Numbered from the stretch's first letter, positions 1 to 12,985 are shown. The stretch: DNA of 64,000 bases from Asterionella formosa (GCA_002256025.1 NKIB01010367.1:1-64000); one strand, 5' to 3'. Program-made: numbers and translations. Notes: a model not told the origin generated them from the letters alone.

Positions 1-298
1 TGAAGTATTTCAAATAATTATGTGAAGGTGATCTCGTAATATAGTGATGATCAGGAATGCATGCATGATACTCTGATCAAATAATGAACGTGATGTATTC
101 AGATAATATATAGATATATTCAAGTAAGCATTTTGATGTATTCAACTATTTCATGTGATCCATTCAAAATCAACTAGGCTTATTTACGTGATGGTCACTT
201 CACGTAATACGCGGCTTAGATGTTGGGAAACAAGTTGTACATAAGATTAAATAGCTCATATATTCAACAAATACTACTACTTCTAGTTAGATACTTCA
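1..298. mobile_element. Probable LTR (solo LTR or 3' LTR of an element left of the window)
   Basis: Begins TGAAGTAT (1-8) and ends ATACTTCA (291-298): perfect 8-bp inverted termini with TG...CA. Its last ~85 bp recur at 10577-10670 and end at the same base. TSD cannot be checked at the window edge. Confidence 0.55.
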
Positions 299-1099
299 CC
301 TGGTACTGCTATGTTACAATACACCGTGCATACCACACATTCTGTAGACTAACTGCAAATACTCCGAAAAAACTTCTGGTATCATTATTGTATCACCGTT
401 TCGAATTGTCCAAAGCTTTGGATGATTTGAAACGGAGATACCCCTAGCTTCATCGTGTTATTCCACGAAAGGTGCGTTGAAAAATTTGGACAGATATTTT
501 TGAGACCAACTTCATCATGGCCTAGTTCACAAACAAACCACGGTTTTCGTAAAGTAGTTCACAAATATCCTTTACCGTATACTTTACCTGCAATATTACG
601 CCTTTATAAATTGTCGTTCACGCATTTTCCAGGTTGTGGCATTGATTTAGTCTAAAATAGGAAATTCTTATGATTAATCCAAAGCTTTGGATATTTGGTA
701 CCATGTCGAAAGAACTACAAGGACGCCTCGTTTCCGTTGGTAGCAAATCTTTATAGCTGCTGAACTCTTCTTTCAAGCTTTGCCGGAATGAAGCTTTAAT
801 TTGGGTTGAGTCTCAGCCTAGGTGATTTCGAAATGGAATTCCAAATCTTTTTAGTCAAAATATGTCCAAATCTATCACAAAGCTTTGGCATAGCTTTGGT
901 AGCTTCCATGATACAAATCGGTGGATCTTCTATGGGTGATACACTACTCCTCGGAATATCTCCCCATCGCCCACAATAAGTGTTGTTGCATCTCAAAACC
1001 ATTCTCCTCGTTATTGCGATTTGTGCTAGCATATATACAAATATGTCTACATACAGCGATTTTATTTGTACATGAAAGACCAGGGATTGGTATAGATGT

Positions 1100-1700
1100 C
1101 AGTGCAATGCCTGGTATGCCTGGTACACCTGGTAATACATAATGATACACATGTTCTATTTACTTCCTGTTAATAATACATTTTCTGCATGCTACTACCT
1201 GTACAACATGATACTACGTATAGAGCTGATGTAAATATATAACAGACTTAGCAACGGGTACTCCGGAGTACATAATTTGCAGTTGTAAATGATATTTTGA
1301 AATTTTCTGCCGCCACGGAATTTCCGGATTAGCATCAGATTGTTGCCCGGTATATACACAGACCACCCGGGATACCCGGTTTGCAATTCTACTGATATCG
1401 TTCGGCAGTCCAAGAAGTGGTAACCTGGTATTCAGTACCAGGTCACAGGTACCTGGTACCAGGTACCAGTCGTCCATCCCGGTACCGGTCCGGTAGTTAC
1501 CAGTAGTATTACCTGGTACCGCGGTAGTTTGGAATCCATACCGGTGGTACATATGCATTTACATTAACCCTAACGGCCCTACTAGTATTGTTTTGTACCA
1601 CCATACCAGTACCATGGTGAACCAGCAGTTTCCGGAAGAAGCCAGCAACCAGTCCTATGTATGTACCGGTATGTAGTAGTGACGATGGTATTAATAAATT
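1100..1700. repeat. Low-complexity tract rich in GGTACC / ACCGGT / TACCAGGTA palindromic motifs
   Basis: For example ggtacctggtaccaggtaccagt and ccggtaccggtccggtag at 1448-1530. No credible ORF. Confidence 0.6.
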
Positions 1701-2107
1701 TCTGACTAGTGAAATATACATACGTAGTTCCTGTATGCACATTTGTGATCAATGATAATTATACATAACCGAAGTAACTTCGACACAATTACCGTCTTGT
1801 CCATTTCGTCTTTCTCCATATTTAGTCTGTGTTGTAGCTAGCTTCGTAGATACATCGCTGGAATATATGAAAGCGATCCATAGAATAATAGAATAATGAG
1901 CCAGGAATACTAAGTAGAAGTAGCATAAATGGGTTTTTTGAATTTGGTGCTACGTAAATGTGTCCCATTCCCGAATCCGGGTTTGAGGTCCAGATCCAAT
2001 CTCCGGGTTCTGCGACAGTCGAGTTGCGCTTTGCCTAGCCACTTTCGAGTCACGACGAATTATGTGAGATGAGCCATAGCATGCGCGTCTTGCCCTGCCA
2101 TTGTCGA

Positions 2108-3220
2108 TCAAGATGTAAATGCCAGTGTGTTGTCTGGGGGGTGAAAGAAGGTGGTAGTTGTGATCATCTTTTGGCTGACAGTCTTCGTGAATTCCGCCAC
2201 TTGCTTGCGAATGTAAATTAGAAATGCGTCGGATTTCCATCTTCCTATGAGCATCACCATGTAGTTTGGTATGCCAGAAAGTATCATCGCCATGGCCGCT
2301 GCACTGCGAATTGAATGTAGACCAATGTCCAGTGGTGGGTCGTAACCAAGGTGGTCCCATCCAAGCGTTTTAGCCAGTGTGCGAACTCTTTTTATCGCGG
2401 TCTCGGCTTTGAGTGTGTAAGTTTGTGTCCCTGACATGTAGGTGTTAATCGCCAAGGAGGTGTTGGTGCCTGGAATGTTCAGTATTTTGTTGACAATACT
2501 AGCCCCTTGGCGTACTGGGCACATGATGGGGTCCGAAGTGCGACTCAGGGTGATGGCTTCATCCTTTTCCCCATTCTTCCAATCGCGAAACATGATGCAG
2601 ATGATGTCGGCGAGATGATTGGTTGTGTGGTCATGGGTGATGTCAGTGCGGTCCTGAAAGAAGCGTAGATCCTGGACTCGGAGTAATTTGGTGCGGCGTT
2701 CTCCGGTGATTGTCAGGTATTTGCAGGAGCGCATTGCGAAGAAAAAGGCTAGGATGGCTAGAGAACCCAGACAAGCATCAACCGGTGTAGCTTGGTGAAA
2801 ATACAATTTTAAAATAAAGTCAATTGTTAACGCCCGCTGGTGTTTAACGGCTGGATCGGTATGTCTGTAGGCCGACAGCTGGAGGCGTAAAATTCGGTGG
2901 GTTTTGCTGTGTATGTTGATAGTGGGGTCGGGTCAGTCATGATCCACAAAGGTCGCCGAAAGAGATGCGATGGTATTGCGGACTGTTGCCGATACCAGAG
3001 GAGTGTCTCGATGTGCGCTGAACTCGGCTTGCCGGATGGCGTGCGCGAAGGTTCCAATGAGTGGGGTGCGATGTTCCGGGGAGAGGTGGACAAGGAAAGG
3101 GTCAGTGGCAGCGCAGAACCCGATGGAGCCCAGGAATTCTTTCCCAATGCGGAAGACGCGAGTGTACTTCGCTTTGGTATTAGTTTGAAGCCCTTGGGAG
3201 CGCGCTCTCTCTGCGTCCAT
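2108..3220 (-). pseudogene. Tyrosine recombinase of the retrotransposon (one in-frame TGA at 2933-2935)
   Basis: ORFs 3220-2933 and 2806-2108 share a frame. Catalytic motifs FFFAMRSCKY (R), LHSIRSAAAMAM (HxxR), IGRWKSDAFLIYIR (W, Y). N-terminal part SATVRNTIASLSATF. Confidence 0.9.
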
Positions 3221-5658
3221 AAGGTAAGTCTGGAGGCGATTTCGGTGGGAATCGGCGAGATGTCGAAATTCGGGGGAATCTGATGGGCAGCAGAGGATTG
3301 GAGGAGGTGTGTTAGTTGAAGCGGCGAAAGGTGTTGGTTGCGTGAAAGGGAGTCGGCGATGATGTTGTCTTCTCCCGGGATCCAGTGACTGAAGCTACAG
3401 GCTTGTGTTGTGTCCAGTATGTCGACAAGCCATCGTGAGATGGCAAGGTGGGTCGATTTTTCGTGTCCCTGGAACCTGGCTCCGCCGCGATGGAGCCAAT
3501 AATCTGCCGTGGAGCTGTCGAGTTGAGAGAGAATACAAGCATCGGGTTGAATGTTCCCTGCCGCGGCCTCCATCGCGATGGTAGTGATTGATGCAAGATA
3601 TTCTAGGAGGTTCAGGGACAATTTTCCACGGTCAGCCATCGGGATTTCCCACCTCCAGGCTCGGCCGGTCGTCAGGGAGAAACCGCCTATGCCGTGTTGG
3701 CATGCGTCGGCTCGGAGGAGAATTGTGGGGACGCGAAGAGTCAGCCTGTTGAGGCAAATGCCTTGTCGGGCGCTGCGGAGGAAACCAATCCATTGCCGCA
3801 GTTCATCCATTTGTAACTCGTTTAAAATCACGCTCTTGCCGCTGGCCCATGCTCAACGTTCCGCTCGTCGAAGGTGACACAAAAAGGCTCGGGCTGTTGG
3901 AATGACATAGGAGGCGTGATTCAGTCTGCCAATTGTTGTGGCTGAAATTTCACAATCAACTGAGTGTAGCTGCAGGATTCGGTCTATTTCTGCTTTCCAG
4001 GATTTGAGTTTTTCCTGTGACAAGCGCAGCCGAAGGGTGCGTGTGTTGACCTCCCACCCCAGAATGATCTTGGATTCTTCAGGGGAACCTTCGGCTAACA
4101 TCTTGTCAAATGCTAGAAGGTCATCGCGTTGAAGGGGTTTGGTGTCAGCAATCGGGCGACCCAGTAGGTGTAGCGTAAGTAGTGTAATTCGGGATCCCTT
4201 CCATATTGGTGTAGGTAGGTCGAGAAAGCAGGTGAAAAGGTCGTCTAGATAGCAGTTGGTGAATGGTTCGAGGTCGGGGTAGGTCGAAATGAGTGTGGGT
4301 AGTGCGGGTTGACAGGGCGATTTGCTGCTGAGATAGCATGGTTTTCTAACATATTTGTGTTGGTGTGGGGATTCCAAGGTGGGAGTGGAATCCGGATTCC
4401 ATGAGGTGTCATGTGTGATGAGGTTGCACGTGTCACAGGCGATTTCGGATATGTCGCTCCACATGCTTGGGTTTGGTGCTCCGCCAAACATCATGCGTAG
4501 TGCAAGCAGGGCAATGTCATCTATAATGACAATTGCTTGTGAGGCTGTGGTACCGGATGTATGTAGGCGATGATATGCAGCTTTGATGTCTAATTTAATT
4601 GATTTGTCGTAGTTCCACAATGTAGTGGATAAATCGCTGTAGAGCTGTGCCATAGCGACATGGTGTCAGTCTGTCGAATATCACTCGTGAGTTCACTGAT
4701 GTCCCTTTCGAGAACTCAAATGACTAATCATGTGTCAATCGGTCTTTTGGGATTATTTCTCTATGCTCGTTTATCATAGCTTGCGTCACTATGCCCATCG
4801 GAGCAACGACTGCATTGGGGAGTAAGTGAATTTTTCGGGAGGTAATGGTAGTTGCCAGCCGCGTTCAACTTCTTTGATCAGCAGCTTCGTGACCACGTCA
4901 CTTTTCGATTTCGCAGAGGAGTGATTGCCACGCGACATTGCCAAGGCCAGGTCAGTGAGTCGTTGCTCTTCTGTGAGTGGCAACAACGGGAATTCGACAC
5001 CCTTCGTAAGTAGCATAGCGAAGCGTGACCAGAGCGGGTGGTAGGACAGGAGGGTTTGTAGTAGGTGCAGGTCTCTGAATTCCGATCCGATACTGAGTGG
5101 GAACCGAGCTTGATTGGTAATTGCCTGTTGGATGTCGAGGTCAAATTGTGCTAGGATTTCCCAGTTGTGAACGGCTGCCTCATGACTCCATGCAAAATGG
5201 AAAGCCGGTGCATGCATGGTAGGTGAGCGTGTTTCCATGATGCGCTGAATGCATAGTACTAGGCGTGTGATGTCTGTATGTGTTTCCCCATGACTGGCCT
5301 GGTCTGCTGGATTTGATGCAGGGAGTGGTTCTAGGAGTTCCTCATACCAAGGGGTGTCACCGGCTAAGTACTCTGTCGGACCAATAGGGGCGTCCTTGCT
5401 AATATTTTCGATGTCTCGATGTCCGTGGATGCAATAGTATGTGTCGATGTACGATGGTGACTTACCCATTAAATGTTGAATTTGTTCATGCTGTGGGATT
5501 GGGTTATGTAGTGGCGGTGGATATGGCGGGGGTTTTGTGAAGGTTGATGAAGGTAAGGGCGGTAGATTTGGTTGTGTGATGCGAGGTGTGGAAGCAATTT
5601 GGTTTTCTATGCGCGCAAAAAATTTTGAGCTTGATGTGGGAAGTAATGATTGAGACAT
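2827..5658 (-). pseudogene. Reverse transcriptase-RNase H of the YR retrotransposon, disrupted
   Basis: RT: RGNHSSA...KEVERGW, RLTHD*SF, KLDIKAAYHRLH, RMMFGGAPNPSMWSDISE, CYLDD, ILGWEVNT. RNase H: ADACQHGIGG, NLLEYLAS, HWIPGEDNIIADSLSR. Stop at 3853-3855; frameshifts near 4600-4830. Confidence 0.9.
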
Positions 5659-5779
5659 TTTGGCAACAATACGAATATTCGTTGCATCGGCAATGGTTAG
5701 TGCTGGAATGCAGAATGCTGTGCGAGCTACAAGTGATGACGAGGAACCGCAGTAGGCTGTTAATTGCTTCGAAATAGAA

Positions 5780-7930
5780 TCATTTACAGTTACTCGGGCC
5801 TGCCCTAGTCAGTGTTGCGGATTCGAGTTGCGGATTGCCGGGGATAAGTCGCGAATTGCCTGGTTGAAAAATTTCGCACGCAAAGGCTTTCTTGTTTTCC
5901 CTTGTTAACTGAACGTGTGCATCTTTCCGTTCGCAGTTGTCGATGTAGATCCCCGAAATCTGCCAGCGACAGCAGTTGGTGGCACCGTTGACCTTTGGTG
6001 CTCGACGGAGGACCGAAGCTGGGAATGCGTCCCTGTAAAAGACCCCTGGCGGTAGACGGAAAAGGATGACTGCTTGAGAGTTTGTCACAGCCCGTCCGCA
6101 GGTGAAAGTATTGCTAGGGTTGAGTTGGTCCTGCTGGTATCCTTGCCTCGTGTTGTTGCTGTGAGTGTATCTGCGCGTGTGGTCCTCAAAGTGATCGTCT
6201 CTGGATCGTTTCTGCTGGAGAAAGAGTGCGGCAACCCGAGGGTGGAGTGGGGCAATCATCGGGTTTCCCACCGCAATCTGTCGCTGTTGCTGTGCGAAGT
6301 CAAGTAGTTGAAAGTCCATGTCGTTTACCGTTTTTGCGTAGCGTGAGTTTCGCCAAAAGGCTTGGATCATTTTGTCCATAATGGTGAGTTGGTGAGCAAA
6401 AAATTGGATGTCGAGGTTGGAGCAGTGTCTGTAGGTTTGCCCGGTTGGCTTCGATATGGGTTAGCCAGGTGAACAAGCAATCCGCCGTGAAACAGTTTCT
6501 GAGCACTAAAAGCAGCCACTATGGCGATCATATTTTTGATGGTGGTTTCAAAGTCCGTTACGGTTTTGGCAACAATCAACAGTTTCTTGTCCCCCAGGCG
6601 TTTCATAATTTGACTGTAGCGGTCGCCATCACCAGCGGCATCGATTGTTGCATTGGAAATAATTTCGATATTGGACGACGAGACCATGCTGTTTGATTCC
6701 GCGAGTAGGTTGAATAGGCTGATGCGCAAGGGACCTTCAGTGGGGTCATTATTGAATTGTAACTGACTAATGCAAAGGGTTGTGAATGGGTCCAGACGTA
6801 GATCTTGACAGTTCAGAATAGACTGAAGGTATTCGGCCATGAATTGTTGGGCTGCAGAGGTGTTCGAACTAAGCGATAGAAATGTGGCTAGGGATTGGAT
6901 TGGCTCCGTGATGATGTCATTGTCGTGTGCTGCCATTAAGCGTAGGATCTGGTCTTGGAGGAATTTAGGTGGTTTTTCCCGGGACCTAGAGGAGGCCGAG
7001 TTTGTAGATGACCTAGCCTCTACTAGGCAGTCTGTATTTGTTGCAAGGTTCGAGGCTGCACTCACTAGGGCTGCGGTCACCTGCGCCATACTTTCATCAC
7101 GTGTGTGGAGGGGGTCGATTTGGGTGGGGGGACCTGTACGCCGTCCGCCTGCAGAATCGTGGGTGAGATTATGTGAGTGCGGTGTAGCGTGGCACTCCAT
7201 TCCATGATGTCGTGCGTCGTTGCGAATGAGATTGGAAGGGATAATTGGTTTGGTACCATCGTCGCGGTATATAGAAAATGCAAAAAATACTCCGCTGATG
7301 TGTATACTTTGTGTGCAAATCGCTTCTGTCTCGTCCTCGTTGCGATTGGGGCTAAGATTTGCCTGTGCATCAGCGAGTGTTTTGGCCGCGAGCCTGGCCA
7401 GGAAAAACAGTTCGGCGGGGTCATTGGTGGTGGCGCTTGTGGTCATCGCCTTGAATAAGAACGGTGGCACTTGGACGAGGTGATTGATTTCCGTGGTCTT
7501 CACAGTGGTGGCAGTGAGGTGCAAAGTACTGAGTTGTTCAGGCGTGGTTGCGTTGTCGTGAAGTGCCTCGGGATTTGGGATGGTGGTTGTGATGGCGGCA
7601 AGAACCTGTTTGGCGTTGAAGACCACTGGTTGGGCGATTGATCCTAGTCCGAGTAGAGCGACATAGGCTGTTTCTGAATGAGGCTGTTTCTGAATGTTCC
7701 CAGTTGTTCCCTGTGAGAATGCTAATATGGTGGCAGAAATGGACTTTGTGGTCAAGAGGACCGATCATTGTGTGGAAGCTGAAAAGGGTGTTGGTGAGGA
7801 TGGTTTGGCGGGATTCTGGCGTGGTTGCTTGGTCTAGCGAGGTTGCGAAATGGTGGAACTCAGTCAACAGTTTGTTGCGCGCAACAAGAGTATCTGTAAA
7901 ATAGTTCTTCCAGGTTTTTGCGAGAATCAT
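5780..7930 (-). pseudogene. ORF1 / gag-like protein of the YR retrotransposon, frameshifted
   Basis: Chained ORFs 7930-7538, 7755-6367, 6506-6300 and 6379-5780 upstream of RT. C-terminal Cys/His cluster CCRWQISGIYIDNCERKDAH resembles a degenerate CCCH finger. Confidence 0.7.
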
Positions 7931-9500
7931 GTTGCTAGAGATGTTGTTTATTGATTTAGACTATAAATTGCAAAAGGCTTGGCAATGCTTTAGACTGCTT
8001 CTCTGAATCGTTGTTCAAAGAATTGTGTGCTTCACCCCTGTACTACTACTTTCTTGTTTAACCTTGCGTGGTTGCTGTTTTCTTCCCTTGTTGTCTTATC
8101 TGTCGATTCTTGGTTGTTCGATTCAACTCTAAAAGCTAGAACTTAATAGTCGCGTTGTCGCTATATTAATTTCTCAGCTTCGTCTCCTTCGATTCGCATT
8201 GCGTGGTTTTTCTAGCCTAGTGCGTCCGGTGCTCGTCTGGTATACCGGTAACTCCATTGCGTCTGTCCTTGTCCGTAATATATATTTTTACTGCCGTCGT
8301 TTGTACATAAAGAAGTTCGCGTTATGTATCAATTCATTCATTACTTACTAACTACTAAATCACAGTTATCGTGCCTTCATTCACATAATATGTATGTGGC
8401 CATCATATGCACATACCGGCATGTTTTAGTGCGTGGTTTGGCTGGTATTGAGATTCGACGGGGTACCGGTAGCGAGTGATCTACCGGTATATATGCGAGG
8501 GTGTACCTTGACACCCCGGAGTACTACCGGTAGCTGGTAGTACCGTCTAACAAATACTCGTAGTCAATCTACACATATCTTCTGTGTATACCGGTACCAG
8601 CAACCTGTATCCATATTCATGTTGAAACCCTGCGCACTACGTCTGTATCCACTTAGGTACCTGGTACCAGGTACCAGGTACCGATACAAGGCATAATGCA
8701 TGTACACAAATATCAAAAAACAGAATTAACTTCTCCTACCGGTATACTGTATTCATACAATGTACAGTTATATTGTTTGATTACCTGTATATACCATACC
8801 CGGTCTGCATCTTCGGACAAATATTCGCAATATTCGGACTTTCCCGGAACTCTTAGCAACAATGCTTGAGCAAACTTGTGTACATGGGACGTACGAGGTG
8901 CTACGGGTACCAGTGTATTATGATAGTGAGCGAGGGAGAGGAGGTGAGTTGACTGACGTCGTAAACCCGTCGAGCAAGACGAATCTCTTCTACTCGCCCT
9001 GCATCACATGATTGGTAACCTAGTACCTGGTACCGATACTCCCTCTGGTTGGTACTGGTACCAGGTACCCCCCTGTGTACCGGTAAACTCCTTCCAACGA
9101 GGTACCAGGTACCGGTATGTACACAATGCAGGCAATAAAGGAACGAGAATGCCGACAAACACTTTCATCAAAATAATCGGAAGTACGGGTGCAATAAAAA
9201 ATACTACAAAGAAACGGTGAATTACAGCTATTTCACGAGCTTCTAGCTTACTCATGAGCACTATCATAACAACAAATACAACAAAAAAGGGAAAGTGGCC
9301 AGCGAAATAATCATCGTCGTAAGAATGTACTCGCCTGATGATGATTCACTGGCTTGTCGGAATGTCGTTTACCACGAAGTATTACATAACATCAATGCAA
9401 CATACTGTGAACTTGATACATCCAGTCACCTTCGTAAGGTGCTTAGCATTAGCCAAATCAAAGAATGAAGAGCTGTACAGTCAGAAATACCACATGCGCC

Positions 9501-9827
9501 TTATTTTCCACTTGTCGAGCATCGGTAGTAGTAATTCTTGGCAGTTGAGCAGATCGTAGACGAGGAATCGGCGAGCATGCACTGGTCGTACATATCGCGC
9601 ACCTGATGACAATCTCTTAGCGTGTTGGAAGAAAGTATGGCAGCGACCACAGGGTTGCTGCTCGTCACAGTGCGCCGGACGGTGTGCACGAGATGAGGCG
9701 CAACATCAGGCTGACTGGAAAGAGAATCGCTACGAGATCGGCCCCCAGCGTTACTGCTCACTGAGTTGCTGCGGGTTCTGACGTTGAGAGAGCTGCTGGA
9801 GGAAACTCTGTTAATGGAACTGTCCAT
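9501..9827 (-). CDS. Small twin-CX9C (CHCH-domain) protein, CHCHD2/Mic17-like spacing, 108 aa
   Basis: ATG-started intact ORF with Ser/Arg-rich N-terminus. C-terminal C-HQVRDMYDQ-C-MLADSSSTI-C-STAKNYYYR-C = CX9C-X9-CX9C. Confidence 0.75.
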   Translation of the reverse strand: MDSSINRVSSSSSLNVRTRSNSVSSNAGGRSRSDSLSSQPDVAPHLVHTVRRTVTSSNPVVAAILSSNTLRDCHQVRDMYDQCMLADSSSTICSTAKNYYYRCSTSGK

Positions 9828-10576
9828 GATTAATCGGAAAGAAGTGGTTATTGGTAAAGTAGGAGTGAATGGGGTTTCAGTGACTAGTTAGTAACGGTGA
9901 AATTTATGACAGTTGTGTAAGGGTTTTTACCTGACACATATAATACAGTACATACGTACATACCTGTTAAGCAATCCCAGAATTTGCCTTTCAGGCAGAA
10001 AGAACTACGGTACCAGGTACCAGGCACTGTCATGTCAAGAGAGTCTGACGTCGCATATATATGACTCCACGATTATTGTTCTGAGAGCCAGCCGAAAAGA
10101 ACAAAAGAAACCTGGGGAAATTCGAATCTCTTTTTCAAGTCGACTAATTTAGCTGTACTGAACTCATGTACAGAAAGAATTATACATAAGACATATGTAC
10201 ATGATTCATGATTGTATGTACTGGTATGTAGATTTACAGGCAGGGTTCCCCAGACGTGACCAGCTTGCGAAAAGAATTGCCGCAATCATGAAAATATGAT
10301 CATTGTTGCTTGGTATTCTGTGGTGGTACGGAGTCGTGTAGAAGTCACTTCCTCCTCTGGGTCGTTTCTTAGACTTCCAGTGCAGTGGTACTAACCCATT
10401 GCTATGTAAGCACTGGTACACCTAGTAGTAGAACGAACCTACAAATGATCCTACGTGTGCATTTCTGGTTACAGGTGAGCGATCCCGCGCATCAATACAG
10501 ATGTATATAGGGTTACCGTTATATCATATATATAAGAACTCAATAATGAGAGCACTCAACTAACCCTTACTGTATA

Positions 10577-10670
10577 CTTAGATGTTGATTCAGAGAATGA
10601 GTTGCACACAAGGATTAAATAATAAGCTCAAATATTCAACAAATACTACTACTTATAGTTAGATACTTCA
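10577..10670. repeat. Diverged copy of the 3' end of the LTR at 1-298
   Basis: cttagatgttg...atattcaacaaatactactactt(a/c)tagttagatacttca is shared with 215-298 in the same orientation. Confidence 0.7.
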
Positions 10671-10899
10671 CTTTGAATTCAAAAAGAGTCCTAGTATTAG
10701 AATTAATAATCATGTTGATATACTGTCCTCTCAAGTTCCAGTGGTCCCATTGATGAAGGATAACAACATACTAAACATCAAGATTCAGGCCTCTTTGTGT
10801 ATCCCTACCAGGTCAATGGTTGGAGTCTTTCAACAAAGATATGATCAATGAACACTCAGTGGAAGCTTGTTGATTGATTTCAGTAAATCCTGTGATATG

Positions 10900-11250
10900 A
10901 TGGCTAACACAGCATGTACCTTCAGTCCAGCAGATTCCTTGCTTGTTCACCTACTGCTACAAAAATGACTCAAAGATATTGTCTTGTCTGACTGGATGAG
11001 CTTGCAATACACCCAGATGCTCAGTCCAATGACAATCTCAATAACAAAGTCATGGTGATGTGGCTGGAGGATTACCTTCTTCATGAGGATATCTCTGAGA
11101 GTCAGCAAAAGTGGATGCCATGATAATACTGAATAAAACATTTCAACATGATGATGATCGACTTCACTGCCTATCTCAAGCCCTTAAATAAACTCCTCAA
11201 ACTAATGATGCCTCATCCAGAAGATCAGGAAGTCTTGTCCAAGGACGATT
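10900..11250 (+). pseudogene. Possible gag remnant of an LTR retrotransposon
   Basis: Stop-ridden frame (VMWLEDYLLHEDISESQQKWM ... DFTAYLKPLNKLLKLMMPHPED) just downstream of an LTR end. Weak resemblance only. Confidence 0.25.
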
Positions 11251-12782
11251 TGAGGTTAATTGTCATTTGCTTTATGCCCGGCCAATGTGTGGCAGCAAGA
11301 TTTTGAACGGAAAAACGAAAAGAACACAAAACAAATGATTTGCTTGGTTTTGAATTACTTCGAGAATCAACAATCATTCAAAGGTAATCTCAAGCAAATC
11401 CTCAAGCATGAGTTCTACTATAACACAATTGTGTTATTTCAACAGAATGCGCGTGGCTGCTGTCAATTTTGTAACACAACATCGTCTTTAAACAGTTGAG
11501 GTTGAAGACAATCCTGTGACGCATCAAGAAAACAAGAGTGACTAGTGTCAATTTTAAAAAAGATCGTCTTTGAATTGCTAAATGCAGTCATGTGATCAAT
11601 TCGTACATGAAAATTTTACACTAAGTGGTAATGGCAGGTCACATGCATTTTAACGCAGCTGGCCATGCATGGGATGGTAAAACATCGCCGGTCAAACATA
11701 TAAAGCCCATCAAGTTAACATAACTAACACTAATAACCCCTGTTCCTGTTCCTCTGGCGTGGAAATTCTTCACAAAGCGAATTATCATACTGACACAGCT
11801 AACTCTGTTCATATTGTTCTTCCATGCATGTTTTCTACAAATCCATGGGTTGAACCTATGATGATGTCTGGTTAGGGTACTGTGCCGAGGGCCATACCTG
11901 CCGACTTTGACGAATCCGCTAGGAAACTTTAGTGGTCATGAACCCTCTTGTTGGTCAGCTAGTCGCGTTTGTGCCTAAAAACCTCCAGCAGAATGCTGAA
12001 CAGATCGCCTCTATCGATGAACTTTTCGCATAATTCAGTAATATAATGTGTCATTCAATGATCACATAAGTGCAAATCAATAAACCGTTCCACCAATGCC
12101 ATTTATAACTTACAACAAAACTCTTTGATTAAAATTATCCTGAAAGATTGAAAACAAACATGTGTTAGTGATGTTCTAACAGTGGCTCGTTGATCCAACA
12201 AGAGCATTTACAAGTTTTTGCATTGGTGGTATCCCGCTGAATGCGAAATGTGCTTTTGAATTGCTAGGGAAGGAGGCCATCATTTAGTCTTTGTGAAACC
12301 AACAGTTGATCACCTTGGCATGTACTCTTGACATATTCAGTTCACTTTTCCATTTTCAATCCTTCTAAGCCGCAAGGTTTATCATCATTGTGTGCGTTGA
12401 AGCGTCGTTCTTTCAGTTTTCCTTGTCACAGTGCAGAGATGATCTCTCATTTCAGGATCATGTGTTATCGGTATGCATAACAAGAAACCCCTAAACATGA
12501 TTTCAGATGTATGTATAGGCTATGTATATATTTATAAAATTTTGAAAATATATGCACATATGTGTATACTATCATCAATTAAGCTTATACATAATTCAAA
12601 TATATACAATGCATGAGGATATCATTGTTTTCCACAACCTGATGTACTGTTTTTGAATTCTCGTACCTACAAGTAAGTAATTTAATTAAGCCCCTCAATA
12701 AGCGGGAGTCATACGAACATTTTCATTGGTACAAGTCATAATATATTTACCAGTAGATGAATTGCTTGAATCAATTTTTATG

Positions 12783-12985
12783 AATTACAGATCATACCTC
12801 CTGGTTAGAAATGATTGCCAATAAATAAGATCACAGATAACAATCTTTAGCTTTTTTGATCTTACTTTTAACATGAATATATCTTAGTACTAAAAAATTA
12901 CAGATCATACTTTCTGGTTAGATATGATTGTCATTAAATAAGATCACAGATAACAACTTTTAGCTCGTTTGATCTTACTTTTAAC
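12783..12985. repeat. Direct duplication of ~90 bp, period ~113 bp
   Basis: aattacagatcatac...taaataagatcacagataacaa...gatcttacttttaac at ~12783 and ~12896. Confidence 0.85.

Larger units (their letters stand above)
1750..8340 (-). mobile_element. Tyrosine-recombinase retrotransposon (DIRS order, Ngaro-like), decayed; boundaries approximate
   Basis: Minus-strand order ORF1(gag-like), RT, RNase H, YR, with YR overlapping the end of RNase H in another frame. No methyltransferase domain seen. Stops and frameshifts in all ORFs. Confidence 0.9.

Noticed and set aside
300..1150. Minus-strand coding remnant next to the LTR
   Set aside because: Multiple stops and no recognisable motif; cannot be assigned.
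1753..1785. loxP-like site near the YR element end
   Set aside because: Only a 6-bp-arm palindrome (cgaagt-a-acttcg), without the 13-8-13 architecture; likely chance.
2108..2806. Phage integrase or bacterial contamination
   Set aside because: The recombinase overlaps RT/RNase H in the standard YR-retrotransposon layout and the flanks are eukaryotic.
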